From Octopus vulgaris (taxonomy: Eukaryota), in the NCBI GenBank assembly GCA_951406725.2, contig OX597815.1, positions 193,068,001 through 193,132,000 of the forward strand: a stretch of 64,000 nt of DNA, given 5' to 3'. The position numbers were made by a program, and so were the translations under genes. Shown one piece after another: positions 1 through 15,985 of the stretch. The first letter of the stretch is position 1; every line of letters begins with the position of its first letter. Below the pieces are notes generated by a model, which saw only the letters and a list, made by a program, of their open reading frames with translations, did not search any database and was not told where the DNA came from.

Positions 1-81
1 CAAGCCAGTTACCACACAGCCACTCCAATGGCAAGTAGCAACAAAATATAAGAAGTGATATCAGTGATGATAATGATAATC

Positions 82-870
<789 letters not shown>

Positions 871-951
871 GAACCAAAACACGTAAAATGTCAATGAAAT
901 TCTGAAATAGAATTTTAAAAATAAATTTGTAATAACTTAATCTAAAATACT

Positions 952-1012
<61 letters not shown>

Positions 1013-1725
1013 CTTACATATACATATATATATACATACTTACATATATATATATATATATATATATACATACTTACATATATATATATATATACTATAT
1101 AAATTCATCCACATTTTTCTTATATATTGCGTTATTTAACATAACTTAATATAATATAATATAATATAATAGAGTCAAGTCCCTATGTTAATTTCTTTAT
1201 TGACATTCACTATCCTACCTACTAATAGTTAACCTTGGATTATTTGGGGGTTTTTTGTTTTAATTTATATACGTTTATATATATATTTTTACCTACTTTG
1301 TTTATGTTACCGGTTACCCATTAACCACCCATAACAAAGTCATGGCCTTTCAAAACAATAGATGACCAATTAGATGATGAGACTGACCATAACCTCCTAC
1401 CCACTTCCCGCAGGATTTCAGCAACACGATAAACAAAAAGTAGCGGAAAATAATAAAGTATCTTGATTAATACCCGGAAATTTATTACTTTTAGTACCGA
1501 CTATTATCACAGGTATTAATATAAACTGTTACCCACTTATTGTGGAACTTTATCTCAAGCCCTCAATAGAAAACATCGCATATTTAATGATATGTATGTA
1601 TGTATATATATATATATATATATTTGTGTATAATTATTATAATTATATAAAAAGAAAAATACGAACTACCACAGCAATCCTCTCTTCACATGAAATATGT
1701 ATGTACCTATGGGTATGTTTGTACG

Positions 1726-1800
<75 letters not shown>

Positions 1801-2154
1801 ATGTGTATGTATATATATATGTGTGTGTGTGTGTATGTATGTATATATGTATGTATTCCTCATTTATATACCTTTTCATTCCTACATAACTATAATAATC
1901 TTAAGATAGATTGATCTTTTAAATTCCACTATTATTTCATTTTTGATAAATTTTTATTTCCTCTGTTTATACTTTATCTAATAGGAATAATATAATACAC
2001 CTAATAATAATAATAATGATTCCTATGTATGCATATACATACACTTATAAATGTATAGATATGTATTTATGTATATTTATGTATGTGTAGCTATATATAA
2101 AATTTTGTATATATGTATGTATTTATATATTTAACTTAACCTCATGAACTTTCT

Positions 2155-2269
2155 AAGCTTTCTAACGATGCCCAGAGCGCAGAGGCACGCCCAACTACCT
2201 TAATCTCATCTACCAAATACTTCAGTTCACTGAGGTAGTATGACCTCTTGGCTGAAACAGCTGTAAGTT
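2155..2269 (+). ncRNA. Degenerate type I hammerhead-like motif in a microsatellite-rich PLE-like element (copy 12610-12723)
   Basis: CTAACGA (variant of CTGANGA, 2162-2168), T, stem II GCCCAGAG/CTCTTGGC, T, GAAA (2254-2257), palindromic CAGCTG, TA; stem I is weak. Confidence 0.5.
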
Positions 2270-2524
2270 ACTATTCTACTTCCTATTCTCTACGTTATAT
2301 ATTTTAATAATTACTGATATTTTTATATTTTCATATATTACATAGGTAAAGCATAATATGTTATACATGTATGTATATTGTTATAATGGTTTTTTAAAAA
2401 TAAATAAATAAATAGACATAATATAACGTCTAAATTTGATGAATACCACCTCTTGATCCCCTCCATTTTCTTATTGCTCTCTCTCTCTCTTTCCCTCCCT
2501 CTCTCTCTCTCTATATATATATAC

Positions 2525-2898
2525 TCTTTTACTTGTTTCAGTCATGTGACTGTGGCCATGCTGGAGCACCGTCTTATTCTCTGTAAGCCTAGTACTTATT
2601 TTATCGGTCTTTTTTGTCGAACCGCTAAGTTACGGGGACGTAAACGCACCAGCATCAGTTGTCAAGCAATGTTGGGGGACAAACACAGATACACAAACAT
2701 ATACACACACATGCATACGTATATATATATACATCTATACGACGAGCTTCTTTCAGTTTCCGTCTACCAAATCCACTCACAAGGCTTTGGTCGGCCCGAG
2801 GCTATAGTAGAAGACACTTGCCCAGGGTGCCACGCAATGGGACTGAACCCGGAACCATGTGGTTCGTAAGCAAGCTACTTATCACACAGCCACTCCTA
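2525..2898 (-). mobile_element. tRNA-derived SINE family 1 (internally deleted; copy ~12977-13341)
   Basis: Reverse complement of the ~400-bp SINE seen intact at 5275-5737. Confidence 0.85.
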
Positions 2899-2910
2899 CT
2901 ACATACATAC

Positions 2911-2945
<35 letters not shown>

Positions 2946-3230
2946 TGTATGTATGTATGTATGTATGTATGTATGTATGTATGTATGTTTACTTGTGCGT
3001 ATATCCTTTATGTCAGGTGATTCTGTCAGTATTCCGAGAAATACAAGTTTCTAAATTAAACATCAGACTAAAATATGTATCGTACACTAAAAAAATGACG
3101 GCTTTGAACGAAATCTCTTCACTGAGGTTTCCTAGCATAGTCGCACTTTAATGATTAAAGTCAGCAAAAGATCAGGCTATTTCGGTGAGGAACAGTAAGA
3201 ATGAAAGTGGAAAGAACAATATTTACTTAC

Positions 3231-3379
3231 AACAATACCATGTTGGTATTGTGGCTGGTATTGTGGCTGGTATTGTGGCTGGTATTGTGGCTGGTATTGT
3301 GGCTGATATTGTACTGCAGGCGATGGTGGAGAGAATGCAGTGTTTATAGCAAATGGAGTTGGTTGCCGACGGTTGTCAT
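3231..3379 (-). CDS. Dispanin/CD225-family gene copy A, coding exon 2 (Pro/Gln/Tyr-rich N-terminus)
   Basis: Acceptor tttctttttacag and donor gtaagt; 149 nt, phase 1 to 0; reads (N)DNRRQPTPFAINTAFSPPSPAVQY(QPQY)x5QHGIV; phase-compatible with exon 1 and with CD225 exon 3 at 34036-34146. Confidence 0.8.
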
Positions 3380-4339
3380 CTGTAAAAAGAAATTAGATTA
3401 CAGAAAGAATATTTCAAACGTTACATTCCTTATGAATTTCGTTAATCAGCAAATGTTTTAAGCTGTTTGGTGGCTTAAATTTTTGTCATGAATATTTGAT
3501 TCTCATTGAAAGAAAAAGGAAAGAATGAATATTAACACCCTGACACCAACCCTACCCCTAAAACAGATTGAAATGCAATAGATCGATACTAGGGTCATAA
3601 TTATGGGTGGACACTAAAGAGTGAACGGTTTTGTTATCCAGCTCTGTTTACGAGTGACCCCTCAATTTATGGCCACAGGGTATCTTTTTTCTCGTAAATA
3701 ACAGGGACATTTTCATATGACACCGCCAGAAAATGTTTACGGCAGAAATTGAATTCACCTCAATAGACGTCATTGATTGGTTGAAATTGCCGAAATGCAA
3801 GAAATTAAAGAACAAATAGCTTTAAAACTACAGAATTTTCTCAAGAAAGCCAAGAGAAAAAGATGTTTTATAAACACATTCTACCAGTATACGAAGTTTT
3901 AAAATGTTTAGTTACAAAGAAAATATTTTAAAAATCTGCCGGTCAAAGTGAAAAGATCCATTCTTTCTCTTATTCTAATATTTGTTTCAGTGATTTGTCT
4001 GCGGACAAGCTCAAGGACCACCTTAATGGATTTTAGTTGAAGAAATTGACCCCAGAAATTATTCTTTGTAAGCCCAGTACATATTCTATCGTTCTCTTTT
4101 GCTAAAACGTAAATTTACGGGGACAGAAGCTCACCAAAGTAAATGAATAAACTTATAGATCTTTAAATGAATCAGCTCCAATGAGAACTAACCATGTATG
4201 AGTGTGAGTGTGTGTGTGTTTTTGTGTGTGTGTGTGTATGTGTGTGTGTGTGCATATGTGTGTGTGTATGTTTGGATAAGATGATAAAACATACGTCAGA
4301 CGTTGCCCAACCGAGGAATTCCTTCCGAAATGCGAGAAA

Positions 4340-4853
4340 AGACGGTGCAAGCAGGGGGTGGGGTGTGATGCTGTGGACGGCATTTAATAGCTTTGGTGTT
4401 GGCCCTCTTTGGTGTTGGCCCTCTCTTTGGTGTTGGCCCTCATTTAATAGCTTTGGTGTTGATGGAAAGCTAAATAGTGTAGGTTATATGAATCTACTAA
4501 TGGATAATGTTGTGCCATATTTGACTCACCAAATGTCTCCAGGGGCTATTTATCAGCAGAACAATAGTCCTGTGCACAAAGCCAAAAAGGTTATGGAATT
4601 TTTTGATCACCATAATATTGACGTAATCGAATGGCCTTTCCAGAGCCAGGACCTGAATCCGATCGAAAAGTTGTGGAATTATGTTTCCAAAAGAGTTCAT
4701 GCTAAAAAACCATCCAATCTAAAACAATTATTCGATAATATCAATGAAATATGGCAAAACATTCCCATAGAATGTTGTAATCACTTAGCGAATTCAATGC
4801 CGAGGCTTTGTTCAGCCGTTATTTAGAATGAAGGCCACGGAACAAAGTACTAA
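4340..4853 (+). pseudogene. Tc1-family DD34E transposase C-terminal remnant (copies ~14835-15330 and ~43490-43978)
   Basis: GVMLWTAF...IYQQNNSPVHKAK...EWPFQSQDLNPIEKLW resembles the Tc1 motifs VMVWG, QDNAPxH and WPxQSPDLNPIE; 5'-truncated. Confidence 0.85.
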
Positions 4854-5141
4854 TTTGTATTTCGTTCTTGTTGCTCATTTTTGCTACAATCTTAAGCTTT
4901 AAATAAAATTATAATGATACGTTCTTAAACAATTTTTGCCATTAAATTTGAAGGGTTTATATTAATTTAGCACTAGAATTCTTCAAGTTAAATAAAAATA
5001 ATTATTGTCTCCATCATTTGAAAGATAAATAAATTCAGCATAAGTTGTAAAAGATAAAAATAATTTGTATGGTGTTAGTAACATAATATTTTGCAAAAAA
5101 TAGAACTTTTATCGTCGGTCTTAAATATATTTTCGCCAATG

Positions 5142-5172
<31 letters not shown>

Positions 5173-5274
5173 ACCAAATGTATATATAATGTCTGGGGAG
5201 AGTCATATTTTCTTAATATCCTGATATCTAACATGCCGGAGGGAACATTGGGAACTCTAGCAACATATCGTAGA

Positions 5275-5435
5275 GGCGTAAGAGTGGCTGTGTGGTAAGT
5301 AGCTTGTTTACCGACCACATGGTTCAGGGTTCAGTCCCACTACGTGGCACCTTGGGCAAGTGTATTCTACTATAGCCTCGGGCAGACCAAGGCCTTTGTG
5401 GGTGGATTTGGTAGATGGAAACTGAAAGAAACCCG

Positions 5436-5515
<80 letters not shown>

Positions 5516-5737
5516 ATGTGTTTGTGTGTCTGTGTTTGTCCTCCCAACATCGCTTGACAACCGATGCTGGTGTGTTTACGTCCCCGTAACTTAGCGGTTC
5601 GGCAAAAGAGACCGATAGAATAAGTACTAGGCTTACAAAGAATAAGTCCTAGGGTCGATTTGCTCGACTAAAGGTGGTGCTCCAGCATGGCCACAGTCAA
5701 ATGACCGAAACAAGTAAAAGAGTAAAGAGTAAAGAGT
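5275..5737 (+). mobile_element. tRNA-derived SINE family 1, full length (copies ~15740-16212 and ~44400-44863)
   Basis: Pol III-like head gagtggctgtgtggt...ggttcagtccc, internal (TA)n(TG)n, conserved body, tail cagcatggcc...gaaacaagtaaaagagtaaagag. Confidence 0.9.
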
Positions 5738-5836
5738 ATGTCATCTAGCGAATCGTTCATATGTGTATAGAACCGCCAGAAACATGACAGGGAATGTATA
5801 ATGAAGAATTACGAGAAGTCAATGATATGTACTTAC

Positions 5837-5846
5837 TAATTTCCAT
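5837..5846 (-). CDS. Dispanin gene copy A, first coding micro-exon (M-E-I plus 1 nt)
   Basis: ctcaactgcag|ctactgattaaaaATGGAAATTA|gtaagt; phase 1 joins exon 2 to give MEIN-DNRR; same layout as ATGGAAGCCA|gtaagt at 57997. Confidence 0.72.
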
Positions 5847-6248
5847 TTTTAATCAGTAGCTGCAGTTGAGAAGAAGAAAATGAAATGGTATGATCCGGGA
5901 AAGTTAGTAAAACTGCTTGCGTTAACCGTCACAAGATATCTAATGGTGCGAACAGGTATTCCGAAGTAAATTTATACCAGCGACGTCTCACATATCTCCA
6001 CAGGCGTCAGAGTGGGTCCTTTATCATGACGAATTAACTTTCTTGTTGATCAAACCACTTCATGCATGACTAAATCATAAATGACTGCTGCATGTTTAAC
6101 ACCGAAAATTTGTTTATCTTTATGGTCTGGACTTACATTTTGGACTTGTCAGGCAAGAAAGAAATGAACGCATTATATTTTACATGACTTAAATTGGCTT
6201 GAGATTATATGAGCACATTCCAAAACGTTTTATATAAGTTACCTTAAA

Positions 6249-6377
<129 letters not shown>

Positions 6378-6396
6378 GTATGTATATTGTATGTTG

Positions 6397-6486
<90 letters not shown>

Positions 6487-7000
6487 TAATAGAGAGAGAG
6501 AGAGCGAGAGAGAGAAAGATAGATATATAAATAGAGAGATAGATGAATAGATAGATAAATAAATAGAAAGCTAGATAGATGGAGAGTTGGTAAGGATATA
6601 AAATAAGGCCTACGTACGTTTCAATGCAGTGCAGTATATAATTGCAAATTCAAAGATTGGAATACATCCGAAGATTAGAATGAAATAGCATTTTGAATAA
6701 TATTGAGTAGAATCCCACCAGGGATAGAGTGCAACAGAAATAGTTACATGCGACGGATTGGAATTTATCAATACGCTAAGAAAATTAAAGAAATGTATAT
6801 CTTTATTGTGTGTATAGTATTTAAAAAATGATATTAAAACTAAAAATATAATATAGGAGTAAAAAGTAAAAATAGAGAACAAATAATTAATATACATTAC
6901 ACAGTAAAATAAAAAAAATAAAAACCCATTATCTGTGTAAGTTTGTATTGGTTTACATAATCAATGTATATTACTACCTCTTTGATTCTCTTTTACTAAT

Positions 7001-7179
7001 ACAGTTCTATATTTAAGAGATGAGGAATTATGTACATTATTTACATTTGACGGATATTTGTCCTCATCTTGTTTGTTGGTAACACAACGTTTCGGCTGAT
7101 ATACCCTCCAGCCGTCATCAGGTATCTTAGTGAAATTTCGAACCTGGGTTCTCATTCCTAAGGTATTTTTCGATGTTGT

Positions 7180-7180
<1 letters not shown>
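7001..7180 (-). mobile_element. Short non-autonomous PLE-like element with minimal hammerhead-like motif at 7081-7126 (copy ~17455-17635)
   Basis: Minus strand: gatac CTGATGA c GGCTG gagggtatat CAGCC GAAA cgtt gtgtt; palindromic AACGTT stem III; abuts (AAT)n/(ATT)n. Confidence 0.6.
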
Positions 7181-7218
<38 letters not shown>

Positions 7219-7221
7219 TAA

Positions 7222-7293
<72 letters not shown>

Positions 7294-7298
7294 GAAGG

Positions 7299-7349
7299 AG
7301 CTTCTACAGGACTAGAACAGTTTCATTCAAGAGAAATCATCAGGAAGCT
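7299..7349 (-). ncRNA. Hammerhead-like motif (copies 17777-17827 minus, 22011-22061 plus)
   Basis: AGCTTC CTGATGA tTTC tctt GAAt GAAA c...g TA GAAGCT: perfect 6-bp stem I and intact core boxes; weak stem III. Confidence 0.65.
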
Positions 7350-7818
7350 AGTTAACAAGAATTGTATTGGCATTTATACATTTAGGCAGGTTTAAAGGGG
7401 TGGTGGTGGGGGACTTTTGGGGGGTAGGCATAGCGCAAAAATATCATACTTGGGGGAGTGGTCAAGGAGTCAGTGGTAAATTAGATAAAAGAAAAATATA
7501 TAGAAGAATAGAGTTTTAGGTAAATAAGAGATTCTCACTTATACATATACACATATGTATATATATACACACACACACACATATACATACACACATACAG
7601 ACACACACACACATATATATACATATATATATATACACATACATACATATATATATATATACATATATATGCATATATATATACACACACACATGTATAT
7701 ATACACACACGCCCACACATACATATACACACAAAAAAATATATACATACACACACATACACATACACACATACACACACATATCTACATACACACATGC
7801 ACACACAAGTCCATATAT

Positions 7819-7873
<55 letters not shown>

Positions 7874-8281
7874 TATACATATGTGTACCTATACATACCT
7901 ACACATACACACATATACATACAAATACAAACCCATTCCCTAATTTTAATTTTATTATTATCTTCATTTATTACTTTTGTTATCTTTGACCGCGGGTCAC
8001 AAGCATCTTGGCTACGACAGCAAGTCCATTTATCTTTCTACTCGAACACAAGCACTCACTCACGCACGCACACTCATTAGCACGCACACTCACTCATTCG
8101 TACACTCATACACATACACGCACGCACGCGTTATATTCATACATACATACATCTACATACATTCACATATATACACATACGTACGCGTACCTACAGATTC
8201 ATGTCTACACGCATAGAAGACAAGTCCATACATATACACCAATAAATATATACACACACATACATATACACCTACATACAA

Positions 8282-8332
<51 letters not shown>

Positions 8333-8449
8333 TACGTATATATACATACATATACATACACCCATACATACATACATATATACACATACACACACACACA
8401 CATATACATACATATACGCGCATACATACACATACATATACATACATAT

Positions 8450-8506
<57 letters not shown>

Positions 8507-8892
8507 CATACATGTACATACATACATATACATATATACACACACACACATACATACACATATACATACACACACATACACATATACATGCGTACCCATA
8601 CACACACACACACACGCGCATCCATATATGCACATAAGTACACACATGCGTAAAAGTATACATATATCTATACATATGCTTACACATACACACACACACA
8701 CACGCGCCTCCTTATGTTCATATACTTACATGCATACTCAAGAAATAAATAATAAAATATATATACGTGCAGTTATTCATATACATACATGCATACTCAA
8801 AAAATAAATAATAAATATTAAGTATATATTTACGTGCAGTTACCTATTATACAGACGGATACATACATATAAACCTACACACACACACACAC

Positions 8893-8992
8893 NNNNNNNN
8901 NNNNNNNNNNNNNNNNNNNNNNNNNNNNNNNNNNNNNNNNNNNNNNNNNNNNNNNNNNNNNNNNNNNNNNNNNNNNNNNNNNNNNNNNNNNN
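8893..8992. other. Assembly gap (100 N, true size probably unknown)
   Basis: Run of n. Confidence 0.99.
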
Positions 8993-9107
8993 CTACTTCC
9001 CCTCCCCAAGCTTTCAGCTATATTTCAACAACTCTTAACCTTCACTTGCCCTAGGGCGCTGGGTGTGCCCCGGCAGGTGATTGCATCAAACATGCAGATT
9101 AAAAGTA

Positions 9108-9142
<35 letters not shown>

Positions 9143-9179
9143 GAAGAAGAAGAAGAAGAAGAAGAAGAATGATAATAAT

Positions 9180-9214
<35 letters not shown>

Positions 9215-9360
9215 TGATGATGATGATGATAATAATAATAATAACAATGTGATGCATGTGCCTGGTGTACCCTTATCAGACGGGTAGTCATGATGGGTAT
9301 ATTGGGCTTCGTATATTTTACCCCAGTGTCACTTTGATGGCATGAACTGCTCTCTCACTC

Positions 9361-9446
<86 letters not shown>

Positions 9447-9586
9447 TGATGATGATGATAATAATAATAACAATGTGATGCATGTGCCTGGTGTACCCTT
9501 ATCAGACGGGTAGTCATGATGGGTATATTGGGCTTCGTATATTTTACCCCAGTGTCACTTTGATGGCATGAACTGCTCTCTCACTC

Positions 9587-9621
<35 letters not shown>

Positions 9622-10129
9622 TAATAACAACAACAACAATAATAATGATAATGATAATGTTTTTCGTTATGGCCACAAGGAGCTAAACATAGAGGGAACA
9701 AATAAGGACAAACAAGAGGATTAAGTCGATTACATAGAACCCAGTGTTTAACTGGTACTTATTTAAGGATAAAAATGAAAATTATGATAATATGTTGTAA
9801 CTGCTAATACTACAACTACTACTATTCTGATAGCACAGGAATCTGAAGCCCAACTACCACTACTACCACTACCCCTACTACCGTTACTGCTGCTGCCACC
9901 ATTGCTGATACTACACATAGATACAGCAATTACAACAATAAAGACAGTATTTGACAACGGCGATAGAAGACCGAAGAAGAGCCTGTTCATCGAAGCAGAT
10001 TACAAGTGAGCAAGGGACTCTCTGGAAAGATGTTCAGCGTGACAGAACATGGCTGAGGAAGGCCAGATGTGAACAGCGCTGGAAATTGGTGCCGTTCTTG
10101 TTCTGCATAGGCCTGTGTAACCTCTGAGT

Positions 10130-10345
10130 CTCTTTTACTCTTTCTTTTTCACTAGTTTCAGTCATTTGACTGCGGCCATGCTGGAGCACCGCCTTAAATC
10201 GAGCAACTCGACCCCGGGACTTATTCTTTTTGTAAGCCCAGTACTTATTCTATCGGTCTCTTTTGCCGAACCGCTAAGTGACGGGGACATAAACACACCA
10301 GCATCGGTTGTCAAGCAATGCTAGGGTGACAAACATATACACACG

Positions 10346-10407
<62 letters not shown>

Positions 10408-10572
10408 CATATATACGACGGGCCCACTTCAGCTTCCGTCTACCAAATCCACCCACAAGGCTTTGGTCGGCAGGAGGCTATAGCAGAAGACACTTGCCCA
10501 AGGTGCCACGCAGTGGGACCGAACCCGGAACCATGTGGTTGGCAAACAAGCCAGTTACCACACAGCCACTCC
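10130..10572 (-). mobile_element. SINE family 1, uninterrupted (empty site for the PLE insertion at 38346-39720)
   Basis: Continuous (AC)n(AT)n-cgacgggcc junction at ~10381-10424. Confidence 0.88.
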
Positions 10573-10627
10573 AATGGCAAGTAGCAAGAAAATATAAGAA
10601 GTGATATCAGTGATGATAATGATAATC

Positions 10628-10682
<55 letters not shown>

Positions 10683-11423
10683 AAAGAAACGGGTGGAGCC
10701 TTCTCATGTCCTGATTAATGATACATCAAGGGTTGGTGTCACAATAAAAACACTGGTAATTATGCAACCTGATAATCGCTACCTCAAATGAGTGACAATC
10801 AAAAACAAAATATTGTAAATAACGGTGGTAATGAAATTGAAGCCATTAATGGTGACAGTGTCGCACCAGGCAGGCTCAGAGATTCTGTTCCGACTCCAGC
10901 CTGTCGATATCCAGAAAGGGACCATCACACACGACGTAGATGGAGCGAGCAAATTGATGCTGTGGTCATGGAATGTTACTACCTGAGCAACCCGATAGAT
11001 GAAAATGGTGCTCAAATTAGGGGTTACCGACAACGTGTGTATGGTCGCTGGAGGGAAAAGGGATTGTTTTAACTCACGGAACAGAGACTATGTGATCAAG
11101 CTAGAGCAATGAGGAAAAATCGTTGGTTCACAGAAGTGGAGCTCGAAGCTATCAGAAGACGGGTCTTGGAAAATAACGATAAAAAATACTAACAGAAGTA
11201 ATCTCACAGCACAGGAAAGGAACAGTGGTAGTTTACGTGATGAGAGACATGTAGATTATCTAAGAGAAGACAGTAAAACTAATGGCGACATGACAGATGA
11301 ACAAAAGGCAATCTACGACAGAATAAAGGTAGCAATTGGAAATTGAACCAAAACACGAAAAATGTCAATGAAATTCTGAAATAGAATTTTAAAAATAAAT
11401 TTGTAATAACTTAATCTAAAATA

Positions 11424-11461
<38 letters not shown>

Positions 11462-12013
11462 CTTACATATACATATATATATACATACTTACATATATAT
11501 ATATATATACTATATAAATTCATCCACATTTTTCTTATATATTGCGTTATTTAACATAACTTAATATAATATAATATAATATAATAGAGTCAAGTCCCTA
11601 TGTTAATTTCTTTATTGACATTCACTATCCTACCTACTAATAGTTAACCTTGGATTATTTGGGGGTTTTTTTGTTTTAATTTATATACGTTTATATATAT
11701 ATTTTTACCTACTTTGTTTATGTTACCGGTTACCAATTAACCACCCATAACAAAGTCATGGCCTTTCAAAACAATATATGACCAATTAGATGACGAGACT
11801 GACCATAACCTCCTCCCCACTTCCAGCAGGATTTCAGCAACACGATAAACAAAAAGTAGCGAAAATAGTAAAGTATCTTGATTAATACCCGGAAATTTAT
11901 TACTTTTAGTACCGACTATTATCACAGGTATTAATATAAACTCTTACCCACTTATTGTGGAACTTTATCTCAAGCCCTCAATAGAAAACATCGCATATTT
12001 ACTTATATGTATG

Positions 12014-12076
<63 letters not shown>

Positions 12077-12184
12077 TTGTGTATAATTATTATAATTATA
12101 TAAAAAGAAAAATACGAACTACCACAGTAATCCTCTCTTCACATGAAATATGTATGTACCTATGGGTATGTTTGTACGTATATA

Positions 12185-12253
<69 letters not shown>

Positions 12254-13364
12254 ATGTGTATGTATATATATATATGTGTGTGTGTATGTATGTATGTATG
12301 TATGTATTCCTCATTTATATACCTTTTCATTCCTACATAACTATAATAATCTTAAGATAGATTGATCATTTAAATTCCACTATTATTTCATTTTTGATAA
12401 ATTTTTATTTCCTCTGTTTATACTTTATCTAATAGGAATAATATAATACACCTAATAATAATAATAATGATGATTCCTATGTATGCATATACATACACTT
12501 ATAAATGTATAGATATGTATTTATGTATATTTATGTATGTGTAGCTATATATAAAATTGTGTATATATGTATGTATTTATATATTTAACTTAACCTCATG
12601 AACTTTCTAAGCTTTCTAACGATGCCCAGAGCGCAGAGGCACGCCCAACTACCTTAATCTCATCTACCAAATACTTCAGTTCACTGAGGTAGTATGACCT
12701 CTTGGCTGAAACAGCTGTAAGTTACTATTCTACTTCCTATTCTCTACGTTATATATTTTAATAATTACTGGTATTTTTATATTTTCATATATTACATAGG
12801 TAAAGCATAATATGTTATACATGTATGTATATTGTTATAATGGTTTTTTAAAAATAAATAAATAAATAGACATAATATAATGTCTAAATTTGATGAATAC
12901 CACCTCTTGATCCCCTCCATTTTCTTATTGCTCTCTCTCTCTTTCCCTCCCTCTCTCTCTCTCTATATATATATATACTCTTTTACTTGTTTCAGTCATG
13001 TGACTGTGGCCATGCTGGAGCACCGTCTTATTCTTTGTAAGCCTAGTACTTATTTTATCGGTCTTTTTTGTCGAACCGCTAAGTTACGGGGACGTAAACG
13101 CATCAGCACCAGTTGTCAAGCAATGTTGGAGGACAAACACAGATACACAAACATATACACACACATGCATGCGTATATATATATACATCTATACGACGAG
13201 CTTCTTTCAGTTTCCGTCTACCAAATCCACTCACAAGGCTTTGGTCGGCCCGAGGCTATAGTAGAAGACACTTGCCCAGGGTGCCACACAATGGGACTGA
13301 ACCCGGAACCATGTGGTTCGTAAGCAAGCTACTTATCACACAGCCACTCCTACTACATACATAC

Positions 13365-13399
<35 letters not shown>

Positions 13400-13726
13400 T
13401 GTATGTATGTATGTATGTATGTATGTATGTATGTATGTATGTATGTATGTTTACTTGTGCGTATATCCTTTATGTCAGGTGAGTTGAACGTCCTGTTATT
13501 ATCGTAGTTCTGTGTAATCTGTCAGTATTCCGAGAAATACAAGTTTCTAAATTAAACATCAGACTAAAACATGTATCGTACACTAAACAAATGACGGCTT
13601 TGAACGAAATCTCTTCACTGAGGTTTCCTAGCATAGTCGCACTTTAATGATTAAAGTCAGCAAAAGATCAGGCTATTTCGGTGAGGAACAGTAAGAATGA
13701 AAGTGGAAAGAACAATATTTACTTAC

Positions 13727-13875
13727 AACAAGACCATGTTGGTATTGTGGCTGGTATTGTGGCTGGTATTGTGGCTGGTATTGTGGCTGGTATTGTGGCT
13801 GATATTGTACTGCAGGCGATGGTGGAGAGAATGCAGTGTTTATAGCAAATGGAGTTGGTTGCCGACGGTTGTCAT
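13727..13875 (-). CDS. Dispanin gene copy B, coding exon 2
   Basis: Same as 3231-3379 with intact AG/GT; one I to L change (QHGLV). Confidence 0.8.
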
Positions 13876-15901
13876 CTGTAAAAAGAAATTAGATTACAGA
13901 AAGAATATTTCAAACGTTACATTCCTTATGAATTTCGTTAATCAGCAAATGTTTTAAGCTGTTTGGTGGCTTAAATTTTTGTCATGAATATTTGATTCTC
14001 ATTGAAAGAAAAAGGAAAGAATGAATATTAACACCCTAACACCAACCCTACCCCTAAAACAGATTGAAATGCAATAGATCGATACAAGGGTCATAATTAT
14101 GGGTGGACACTAAATAGTGAACGGTTTTGTTATCCAGCTCTGTTTACGAGTGACTCCTCAATTTATGGCCACAGGGTATCTTTTTTCTCGTAAATAACAG
14201 GGACATTTTCATATGACACCGCCAGAAAATGTTTACGGCAGAAATTGAATTCACCTCAATAGACGTCATTGATTGGTTGAAATTGCCGAAATGCAAGAAA
14301 TTAAAGAACAAATAGCTTTAAAACTACAGAATTTTCTCAAGAAAGCCAAGAGAAAAAGATGTTTTATAAACACATTCTACCAGTATACGAAGTTTTAAAA
14401 TGTTTAGTTACAAAGAAAATATTTTAAAAATCTGCCGGTCAAAGTGAAAAGATCCATTCTTTCTCTTATTCTAATATTTGTTTCAGTGATTTGTCTGCGG
14501 ACAAGCTCAAGGACCACCTTAATGGATTTTAGTTGAAGAAATTGACCCCAGAAATTATTCTTTGTAAGCCCAGTACATATTCTATCGTTCTCTTTTGCTA
14601 AAACGTAAATTTACGGGGACAGAAGCTCACCAAAGTAAATGAATAAACTTATAGATCTTTAAATGAATCAGCTCCAATGAGAACTAACCATGTATGAGTG
14701 TGAGTGTGTGTGTTTTTGTGTGTGTGTGTGTATGTGTGTGTGTGTGCATATGTGTGTGTGTATGTTTGGATAAGATGATAAAACATACGTCAGACGTTGC
14801 CCAACCGAGGAATTCCTTCCGAAATGCGAGAAAAGACGGTGCAAGCAGGGGGTGGGGTGTGATGCTGTGGACGGCATTTAATAGCTTTGGTGTTGGCCCT
14901 CTTTGGTGTTGGCCCTCATTTAATAGCTTTGGTGTTGATGGAAAGCTAAATAGTGTAGGTTATATGAATCTACTAAAGGATAATGTTGTGCCATATTTGA
15001 CTCACCAAATGCCTCCAGGGGCTATTTATCAGCAGAACAATAGTCCTGTGCACAAAGCCAAAAAGGTTATGGAATTTTTTGATCACCATAATATTGACGT
15101 AATCGAATGGCCTTTCCAGAGCCAGGACCTGAATCCGATCGAAAAGTTGTGGAATTATGTTTCCAAAAGAGTTCATGCTAAAAAACCATCCAATCTAAAA
15201 CAATTATTCGATAATATCAATGAAATATGGCAAAACATTCCCATAGAATGTTGTAATCACTTAGCGAATTCAATGCCGAGGCTTTGTTCAGCCGTTATTT
15301 AGAATGAAGGCCACGGAACAAAGTACTAATTTGTATTTCCTTCTTGTTGCTCATTTTTGCTACAATCTTAAGCTTTAAATAAAATTATAATGATACGTTC
15401 TTAAACAATTTTTGCCAGTAAATTTGAAGGGTTTATATTAATTTAGCACTAGAATTCTTCAAGTTAAATAAAAATAATTATTGTCTCCATCATTTGAAAG
15501 ATAAATAAATTCAGCATAAGGTGTAAAAGATAAAAATAATTTGTATGGTGTTAGTAACATAATATTTTGCAAAAAATAGAACTTTTATCGTCGGTCTGAA
15601 ATTTATTTTCGCCAATGTATATATATATATATATGTGTACCAAATGTATATATAAAGTCTGGGGAGAGTCATATTTTCTTAATATCCTGATATCTAACAT
15701 GCCGGAGGGAACATTGGGAACTCTAGCAACATATCGTAGAGGCGTAAGAGTGGCTGTGTGGTAAGTAGCTTGTTTACCGACCACATGGTTCAGGGTTCAG
15801 TCCCACTACGTGGCACCTTGGGCAAGTGTATTCTACTATAGCCTCGGGCAGACCAAGGCCTTTGTGGGTGGATTTGGTAGATGGAAACTGAAAGAAACCC
15901 G

Positions 15902-15985
<84 letters not shown>

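Noticed and set aside
2453-3054. Recurrent ORFs such as [28 protein letters not shown]
   Set aside because: Antisense translations of SINE family 1; recurrence reflects repeat copy number
3201-3461. Plus-strand ORF with (LWLV)n pseudo-transmembrane repeat
   Set aside because: Antisense shadow of the spliced minus-strand QPQY exon
7516-8701. Many long YI/HT/CV-rich ORFs (also 1542-1914, 17980-21890, 41214-41609, 58616-59015)
   Set aside because: Translations of (AT)n/(AC)n microsatellites, which lack stops in several frames
9763-9990. 75-aa ORF with hydrophobic ends, conserved in copy C
   Set aside because: Conservation is explained by the recent duplication; derived from degenerate (CTA)n repeat; no family signature
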